A DNA stretch of 64,000 nucleotides from NCBI GenBank assembly GCA_963789945.1, contig CAWBMN010000007.1, positions 283,178-347,177 on the forward strand, read 5' to 3'. The notes beneath the pieces are model-generated. The model searched no databases. It was not told the DNA's origin and saw only the letters and a list, made by a program, of their open reading frames with translations. Of the stretch, positions 57,844 through 64,000 are shown piece after piece. The DNA is from an uncultured beta proteobacterium. Its GTDB lineage: Bacteria; Pseudomonadota; Gammaproteobacteria; Burkholderiales; JACQAP01. A program made the position numbers and the translations under genes. Each line of letters starts with the position of its first letter. The stretch's first letter is position 1.

Positions 57844-59367
57844 ATGTTGCAAGCAGCCGATCTGACCATCCGCCTCAATCCTGCGGACGATGTGGTGATT
57901 GCGCGGGTGGAACTGTCCGCCGGCACCGAAATCATCAAGGAAAAAATCCGCGTTGCCGTGACCGTTCCGGCCGGCCACAAGATAGCCACTCGCGACATCA
58001 GCGAAGGCTCGCCGGTGCGCCGCTACAACCAGATCATCGGTTTCGCGATCAAGCCGATCAAGGCAGGAGATCACGTACACGTCCACAACCTGGCAATGGG
58101 CGACTTCCAGCGCGACTATGCCTTCTGTGCCGACTACAAGCCGGTCGACTACGCCGCCAACCCGGCCACTTTCCAGGGCATCGTGCGCGAAGACGGACGT
58201 GTGGCAACCCGTAACTATCTGGGCATCATCTCCAGCGTTAACTGCTCGGCGCACGTCTGCCGCACCATCGCCAAGTTCTTCGACGAAGATTTCATGAGCC
58301 AGTACCCGAACGTGGATGGCGTGGTGCCGATCCATCACAAGACCGGCTGCGGCATGGGGTCCGAGGGCGAGCCGGTGGAACTCCTGCGCCGCGTGCTGGC
58401 GGGCTACGCCGTCCACCCGAATTTTCATTCCTCGCTGATGATCGGGCTGGGCTGCGAGGCCAACCAGATCAACAATCTGCTGGCGTCGCAGGGCCTGAAG
58501 CGCTCGAAGCAGTTGCAGGCCTTCACCATCCAGGAAACCGGCGGCACCAAGAAGACCGTCGCCGACGGCATCGCCCGCATCAAGGAACTGCTGCCCGACG
58601 CCAACAACGTCAAGCGCGAGACCGTTCCCGCGGGCCATCTGACTCTCGGTCTCCAGTGCGGCGGCTCAGACGGCTATTCCGGAATTTCCGCGAATCCCGC
58701 GCTTGGCGCCGCCGTGGACATCCTGGTGCGCAATGGCGGCAGCGCGATCCTTTCCGAGACGCCCGAGATCTATGGTGCCGAACACCTGTTGACCCGCCGT
58801 GCGCGCTCGCGCGAAGTCGGCGAGAAGCTGGTGAAGCGCATCAAGTGGTGGGAGGACTACACCACCAGGCTGGGCGGCGAGATGAACAACAATCCTTCAC
58901 CCGGCAACAAGGCCGGCGGCCTCACCACCATCCTGGAGAAATCGCTGGGCGCGGTCGCCAAGGGCGGCACGCAGGCGCTGATGGACGTATACGAGTACGC
59001 CGAACGCGTTTCCGCCAAGGGTTTTGTGTTCATGGACACCCCGGGTTACGACCCGGTATCGGCGACCGGCCAGGTGGCCGGCGGTGCCAACATGATCTGT
59101 TTCACCACCGGCCGCGGATCGGCATACGGGTGCAAGCCGTCGCCTTCGCTCAAGCTCGCCACCAACAGCGCGATGTTCAACAAGCAGGAAGAGGACATGG
59201 ACATCAACTGTGGCGTGATCGTGGACGGCAAGGCCAGCATCCAGGATGTCGGCGAGCAGTTCTTCCAGATGATTCTCAGGACCGCATCCGGCGAGCAGAG
59301 CAAGAGCGAGGCAATGGGTTACGGCGAAGACGAATTCGCGCCTTGGGTGCTTGGCCCGACGATGTAG
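57844..59367 (+). CDS. UxaA-family hydrolyase (altronate/galactarate dehydratase-like)
   Basis: 507 aa. It has an N-terminal SAF-like domain (RLNPADDVVIARVELSAGTEI...AGHKIATRDISEG) and a UxaA C-terminal domain. Confidence 0.88.
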   Translation: MLQAADLTIRLNPADDVVIARVELSAGTEIIKEKIRVAVTVPAGHKIATRDISEGSPVRRYNQIIGFAIKPIKAGDHVHVHNLAMGDFQRDYAFCADYKPVDYAANPATFQGIVREDGRVATRNYLGIISSVNCSAHVCRTIAKFFDEDFMSQYPNVDGVVPIHHKTGCGMGSEGEPVELLRRVLAGYAVHPNFHSSLMIGLGCEANQINNLLASQGLKRSKQLQAFTIQETGGTKKTVADGIARIKELLPDANNVKRETVPAGHLTLGLQCGGSDGYSGISANPALGAAVDILVRNGGSAILSETPEIYGAEHLLTRRARSREVGEKLVKRIKWWEDYTTRLGGEMNNNPSPGNKAGGLTTILEKSLGAVAKGGTQALMDVYEYAERVSAKGFVFMDTPGYDPVSATGQVAGGANMICFTTGRGSAYGCKPSPSLKLATNSAMFNKQEEDMDINCGVIVDGKASIQDVGEQFFQMILRTASGEQSKSEAMGYGEDEFAPWVLGPTM

Positions 59368-59372
59368 TTCTG

Positions 59373-59530
59373 GTGACTTGTGACAAGTGACAAGTGACAA
59401 GTGACAGGACTCGCCACAATCGCTGACTAGAGAAAGCAGTCCGCAGGAAGCCCGAATCACGAAAACGACAAAGTCAGGATGTCGAGGATTATTGCCCTTG
59501 CCTCGTCACCTGTCACTAGTCACTCGTCAC
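59373..59530. repeat. Foldback element E14 (GTGACAA heptamers)
   Basis: Left arm: GTGACTT-GTGACAA-GTGACAA-GTGACAA-GTGACAG. Spacer 95 bp. Right arm: TCGTCAC-CTGTCAC-TAGTCAC-TCGTCAC. Confidence 0.92.
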
Positions 59531-59548
59531 CGCGCGCGGAGCAAAGCA

Positions 59549-59848
59549 ATGGCTGAAGATTCATCGAAGGAACTGTTCGAGTTCTTCCAGAAGATGTGGA
59601 ACCCGATGTCGTTTCCCATTCCCGGCATGTTCCAGCCGACCATGAGTGTCGAGGAAGTGGAGAAGAAGATCGTGGAACTGCAGTCGGTCGAGAACTGGCT
59701 GAAGATGAACCTGACCTTCGTACAGATGACCATAAAGACCCTGGAGATGCAGAAATCTGCCTTGCAGACGATCCAGGAATCTGCCGCGGCAACCGCGCAG
59801 AAGCCCCCGAAGAAACCGAAGGACGAGGGGCAAGGCGCAAAGAAGTAG
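59549..59848 (+). CDS. PhaM-like PHA-granule-associated protein
   Basis: 99 aa. EEVEKKIVELQSVENWLKMNLTFVQMTIKTLEMQKSAL resembles the PhaM core, and the tail is lysine-rich (PPKKPKDEGQGAKK). Confidence 0.55.
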   Translation: MAEDSSKELFEFFQKMWNPMSFPIPGMFQPTMSVEEVEKKIVELQSVENWLKMNLTFVQMTIKTLEMQKSALQTIQESAAATAQKPPKKPKDEGQGAKK

Positions 59849-60222
59849 CAGATCGCCAAAGCGGCATTCGCCGGAACACGTACACCTGCGCACAGTCTGT
59901 CTCCCCGCTCGGGCTCCCTCGCCGCACGTCGGCCCACCGGCCGATTCATGCCTCTATTGCATAGCAGCAATTCTTTTCCAGATATACATGATCTCCGTCT
60001 ATCAATGATAATGACGCAGTGCAATATCAGAGATGGAGGTCACAGTGAACATACTTAGCCAGTTTTTGGGCACGTTCGACAAGTTATTGAATCATCGTCA
60101 AATTCTCAGGCGTGAGGCGCTTCTTGCCCAAGCCGAGGCCGCGGAGGAGATGGAGTACCGGTTGCGCCGTCTGGAAGCCAAAGCCAGCCATCCGGTTCTG
60201 TACCTTTAAGCGGGGGGTCGGC

Positions 60223-60429
60223 ATGATTTCAGCCTTCCGCCGCTTGTTCAGTACACGCCGTCCGCAGATCACCGTGCGATCGCGGGTCAATCTTCTGGGC
60301 ACTTTCGGTTTGCTCGAACGCACCGACGGCGTGGTCGAGTCCATGGTGGGTGACGAGGCTTACGTCGAGTGGGCGAATGGTGCCCGCTCGGTCGAAAGCG
60401 CCCGGCGCCTGGTACGGATCAGCGCCTGA
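60223..60429 (+). CDS. Small hypothetical protein
   Basis: 68 aa from ATG 60223, followed by a strong terminator. No family recognised. Confidence 0.3.
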   Translation: MISAFRRLFSTRRPQITVRSRVNLLGTFGLLERTDGVVESMVGDEAYVEWANGARSVESARRLVRISA

Positions 60430-60450
60430 TCGAACGTCACAGCGAAACAG

Positions 60451-60479
60451 AAAAAGCCCGGCGAAGCCGGGTTTTTTTT
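60451..60479 (+). terminator. Rho-independent terminator
   Basis: AAAAAG-CCCGGC-GAA-GCCGGG-TTTTTTTT. Confidence 0.85.
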
Positions 60480-60480
60480 C

Positions 60481-60548
60481 AAGGATGAAGGATGAAGGAG
60501 GAAGGATGAAGAGAAGTATCATTGCTCATCCGCTTTTCTTCGTTCGTG
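60481..60548. repeat. Foldback-family element E15 (AAGGATG heptamers, short partner)
   Basis: AAGGATG-AAGGATG-AAGGAGG-AAGGATG-AAGAGAA is followed after ~8 nt by a degenerate partner, GCTCATCCGCTTTTCTTCGTTCG. Confidence 0.75.
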
Positions 60549-60641
60549 TTGTTGGCAACGACCAAGTGCGCGGGTGCTGCAGGCAATCACGAAACACAGG
60601 CACTTACGCAGCACTCAGTACACAGCAGACAGCGCTCGGCA

Positions 60642-61460
60642 CTACGCCAGCATCCGCACCTCGCGCTGCGGGAACGGGATGATGATGGCGCGTGCGCGGA
60701 ACGTTTCGACGATAGCTTTGTTGATCTCGCCGGCCGCAGGGCCGTAGTCGACCACACTCAACCAGGGCTTCACGGCGATGTTGATCGAAGAATCGGCGAG
60801 GACGCTCACCGCGATCACCGGCGGCGGATCCTTCAGCACCCGCGGGTTGGCCTGCAGGATTTCATTGATAGCGGCCAGCGCCTTGTTCAAGTCCGTATCG
60901 TAGGCCACGCCCACCACGACGTCCTGCTGCCGGATCTTGCCGTAGTTGTGCAGGATTTCGCCGACGATCTTGCGGTTCGGGATCACCACCCGCGACAGGT
61001 CCGGGTGGCTCAGCACGCTGTTGAACAGGCTGATGGCCTCCACTTTTCCTTCGACCCCGAGCATGGATATGTACTCGCCAACCTTGAACGGCCGGGTGAA
61101 GATGATCGTCAGCCCGGCGACAAGATTGCCGAGTACGCCCTGCATGGCCAGCGCGATTCCCGCACCCGCAAGGCCGACCCCGGCGATCAGTGGCAACAGC
61201 TCCACCCCCAGGTTCTGCAAGGCCATGATCGCGAACAGGCCCAGAACAAATATTCGCACCACCCGCACCAACAGATCGCGAACGGGCGGTTCGAGTTCGA
61301 TCTTCAACAGCCCGCGCTGCATGATCCTGCCCACCCAGCGCCCGGCAAAGTAGCCCGCGACCATGATGACGATCGCGACCAGGACCTTGGGACCGAACTT
61401 GAAGGAAAGGTCGATGACCGTGCTCTTTATCTGCGCCAGGGTTTCGACGTGCTCGTTCAT
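60642..61460 (-). CDS. Small-conductance mechanosensitive channel (MscS family)
   Basis: 272 aa with three TM helices and then the MscS beta-domain (FKVGEYISMLGVEGKVEAISLFNSVL). Confidence 0.88.
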   Translation of the reverse strand: MNEHVETLAQIKSTVIDLSFKFGPKVLVAIVIMVAGYFAGRWVGRIMQRGLLKIELEPPVRDLLVRVVRIFVLGLFAIMALQNLGVELLPLIAGVGLAGAGIALAMQGVLGNLVAGLTIIFTRPFKVGEYISMLGVEGKVEAISLFNSVLSHPDLSRVVIPNRKIVGEILHNYGKIRQQDVVVGVAYDTDLNKALAAINEILQANPRVLKDPPPVIAVSVLADSSINIAVKPWLSVVDYGPAAGEINKAIVETFRARAIIIPFPQREVRMLA

Positions 61461-61474
61461 TGCAGTTCCTTTTC

Positions 61475-61646
61475 AGGGACGCGGGGCGAGGAATGAGGGG
61501 TGAGGGGAACGATGTTCTGGATCGGCTTACGGCAACAGTGAAACTTCGTACAATTCCCATGCAATTGATGAAACGTCGGTGTGGGTCTTGGGATAGATTC
61601 TTCGGTTCTTACCCGTCCCTCGTGCCTCGCACCTCGTGCCTCATGT
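61475..61646. repeat. Foldback element E16 (YGAGG heptamers)
   Basis: Left arm: GGGACGCGGGGCGAGGAATGAGGGGTGAGGGGAAC. Spacer about 102 bp. Right arm: CCCGTCC-CTCGTGC-CTCGCAC-CTCGTGC-CTCATGT. The right arm overlaps the pip stop codon (61641-61643). Confidence 0.85.
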
Positions 61647-62603
61647 TTTGAGCCTTTCCATCGCCGCCACCAGTCTTGCGCTGATACCGGATTCCCATGC
61701 CGAGTGGCCGGCGTCGGGCACGATGAGGTACTGCGCTTCCGGCCAGGCGCGGTGCAGGTCGTCTGCGGACGCTATCGGACACACCATGTCGTAGCGTCCC
61801 TGCACGATGATCCCGGGAATGGCGCGCAACCTGCCTGCGTTCTCCAGCAGTGAATTCTCCGGCAGAAAAATGTTATTGGAAAAGTAGTGTGCCTCGATGC
61901 GGGCGAGCCCGAGCGCGACGATGTCTTCGGCGAAGTGCGCAACCGTGGAGGGGCTGGGCAGAAGGGTCGAACAGGAGCCTTCGTAGATGCTCCACTGATG
62001 CGCGGCCGGCATGTGCACTTCCGGATCGGGGTCGTTCAGCCTCTTCGAGTAGGCGGCTAGCAGGTCCTTGCGCTCCGCCTCGGGGACGAACGAGGCGAAC
62101 TTGCGCCATGCCTCTGGATATACGAAGCGCATGCCGTAAAGAAACCAGTCGATCTCGAGTTTGCGGCACAGAAAGATGCCGCGCAGCACCAGCGCCATGC
62201 AGCGTTGCGGATGTGTTTCGCCATAGGCCAGTGCCAGCGTGCTTCCCCACGAACCTCCGAAAACGATCCACTTTTCGATGCCGAGGTGCGCACGCAGCTG
62301 CTCCATGTCCGCTATCAGGTTCGGAGTGGTATTGCCGGCGAGTTCGCCGTGTGGGCGCGAGCGGCCGGCGCCGCGTTGGTCGAAGATCACGATGCGGTAG
62401 TGCGCCGGGTCGAAAAAGCGCCGGTGCATCGGGCTCGCGCCTGCGCCCGGTCCGCCGTGCAGGAACACCACCGGCACGCCGTTGTCGTTTCCCGAAACTT
62501 CCCAGTACAATTCATGGCGCCGGTCGAGCCTGAGATAGCCCGACCGATGCGGCTCGATGTCGGGATAAAGTTCGGTGCGGATTCCCGGAGCGGCGTAGTC
62601 CAT
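61641..62603 (-). CDS. pip: Prolyl aminopeptidase (proline iminopeptidase)
   Basis: 320 aa. It contains VFLHGGPGAG and the nucleophile elbow GGSWGS. Confidence 0.9.
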   Translation of the reverse strand: MDYAAPGIRTELYPDIEPHRSGYLRLDRRHELYWEVSGNDNGVPVVFLHGGPGAGASPMHRRFFDPAHYRIVIFDQRGAGRSRPHGELAGNTTPNLIADMEQLRAHLGIEKWIVFGGSWGSTLALAYGETHPQRCMALVLRGIFLCRKLEIDWFLYGMRFVYPEAWRKFASFVPEAERKDLLAAYSKRLNDPDPEVHMPAAHQWSIYEGSCSTLLPSPSTVAHFAEDIVALGLARIEAHYFSNNIFLPENSLLENAGRLRAIPGIIVQGRYDMVCPIASADDLHRAWPEAQYLIVPDAGHSAWESGISARLVAAMERLKT

Positions 62604-62605
62604 CG

Positions 62606-63511
62606 TCAGAGCGGGCGCACCCGGTAACCTTTTTCCGACAGGATCTGCAGCACGCTGTCCTGTCCAAGCAAATGTGCAGCTCCTATGGCGATGAAATGCA
62701 CATCGGGTTCCTTCAGCATTGATTCGATCTTTCCGACCATCGCGATATTGCGATCCGACATGAATTTCCGGTGAAACTCCTGTGCTACCGCAGCCGGCAG
62801 TTTGCGCTCCTCTGCGGATACCGTGTCCAGCAGTCTTATCCCGTCCCCGGACTTCCAGGCATCTACCATCGACCCGACCAGCGCGGGGATTTCTCCCTTG
62901 TCTATGGAATCCAGCGTGACCTGCAGCATGCTTTCCTGCAGGCGGTCCGACAGATTGCTCATCAGCGCCATCTGGCTTCCGAACGATTCAAGTTCCACGA
63001 CAGGCTTGCCATCCTGCTTCGCCCGTCTGGCGAAATGCATGTCTACTCCGAGGGACGGGTCGAAACCCGCCTTGGCGTACTCGATCGAAGCCAGCGTGAT
63101 CGCGACCAGAAAGGGCTTCATTGGTTGAACCTGTTCCAGAGGGATCCCGTAGCGTTCCAGTGTCCGGGAAAGTCTGGCCAGCAGCGGTCCAGGCAGGTTC
63201 TTCTGCAGAGATTCCGGCGGCTGGTATAGGGAAGCCGAGATTGCCTCCATGACCGACTCCTGGTCGGTAGGGTCGGCTTCGAGCACGACGATCTTCGAGG
63301 CCTGATAGGCCTTTTCGACCACCGGTCCCATCGGGTACATATCGCTGCGCCCAAGGTGAATCGAGCCCAGCAGATACACGGCGTTGGCTTCGGAGCGCAC
63401 TTCCCAGATCAGCGGCGTGACGCCGGCTTTCTGCGCCAGTGCGTTGCCGGCGGCGAAGGCTGCGAAAAGCAGCAACAGACTGGAAAAATGGCGGGCGACG
63501 GGACGATGCAT
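62606..63511 (-). CDS. TraB/GumN-family protein
   Basis: 301 aa with a signal peptide and LWEVRSEANAVYLLGSIHLG, typical of the family. Confidence 0.78.
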   Translation of the reverse strand: MHRPVARHFSSLLLLFAAFAAGNALAQKAGVTPLIWEVRSEANAVYLLGSIHLGRSDMYPMGPVVEKAYQASKIVVLEADPTDQESVMEAISASLYQPPESLQKNLPGPLLARLSRTLERYGIPLEQVQPMKPFLVAITLASIEYAKAGFDPSLGVDMHFARRAKQDGKPVVELESFGSQMALMSNLSDRLQESMLQVTLDSIDKGEIPALVGSMVDAWKSGDGIRLLDTVSAEERKLPAAVAQEFHRKFMSDRNIAMVGKIESMLKEPDVHFIAIGAAHLLGQDSVLQILSEKGYRVRPL

Positions 63512-63698
63512 AAGACCTCACTAAGGGGACTCGGGCGATGAGCAGACCGGTGTCCAGCACATTGCGCCGGTCCGGCTCGCAGCGAACCATAACAAAATCC
63601 GCGTGCTCCCACAAACGCGCTGCTCCAGCCGCATTGGTCACGGCTGTTGCAGAGTGGCTCCCGTATAATCGCAGCAACCTGTTGATTACGGAGTTTCC

Positions 63699-64000
63699 AT
63701 GGACGAGCAATTGCGCAAAAGCGCGCTCGATTACCACCGCTTACCCACCCCCGGCAAGATTTCCGTCGTTCCCACCAAAGGCCTGATCAACCAGCGCGAC
63801 CTCGCGCTTGCCTATTCGCCCGGCGTCGCTGCAGCCTGCGAAGAGATCGTCAATGACCCCGGCGCCGCGCGCAACTACACCGCACGCGGCAATCTGATCG
63901 GCGTGATCACTAACGGCACCGCAGTGCTCGGACTGGGCGCAATCGGGCCGCTCGCGGCCAAGCCGGTGATGGAAGGCAAAGGCGTGCTGTTCAAGAAATT
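63699..64000 (+). CDS. maeB: NADP-dependent malic enzyme, N-terminal part (runs off the window)
   Basis: [50 protein letters not shown] is a typical MaeB N-terminus. Confidence 0.85.
   Translation, partial: MDEQLRKSALDYHRLPTPGKISVVPTKGLINQRDLALAYSPGVAAACEEIVNDPGAARNYTARGNLIGVITNGTAVLGLGAIGPLAAKPVMEGKGVLFKK

Overview
High-GC (about 60-65% by eye) chromosomal segment with betaproteobacterial-looking content. This is inferred from the rplU-rpmA-obg-proB block, ispB, a Bug/TctC binding protein, CNP1-like and PhaM-like proteins and PP0621-pilS-pilR-ampD. I can support about 58 protein genes and one tRNA-Pro(CGG). They include a form-II CoxSML-like molybdoenzyme, an organic/aromatic-acid cluster (TctC, PrpD-like, DpgC-like crotonase, PaaK-like ligase), rubrerythrin/Fe-S/DUF3501, nrdAB, mprF-acvB, otnK-otnC and a sugar-acid ABC/dehydratase cluster. 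I found no rRNA, CRISPR array, IS/transposase/integrase or recognisable defence system. The most unusual content is non-coding. Seventeen intergenic loci (about 2.4 kb by my coordinates, roughly one per 4 kb) carry one family of foldback elements. Their two arms are tandem arrays of 7-9 nt units, separated by a unique 26-111 bp spacer. The unit sequence differs between copies, but in the complete copies both arms of a copy change together; some loci are half or composite copies. Two arms have expanded to 11 and 15 heptamer copies. I do not recognise these as a named repeat family. The second oddity is at least 16 single-base frameshifts, 13 of them +1. Fourteen are concentrated in two 1.7-1.8 kb patches next to such elements, while genes of 2-3 kb elsewhere are intact. 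This is either local assembly error or very recent gene decay. All coordinates were hand-counted, so expect errors of 1-3 nt.
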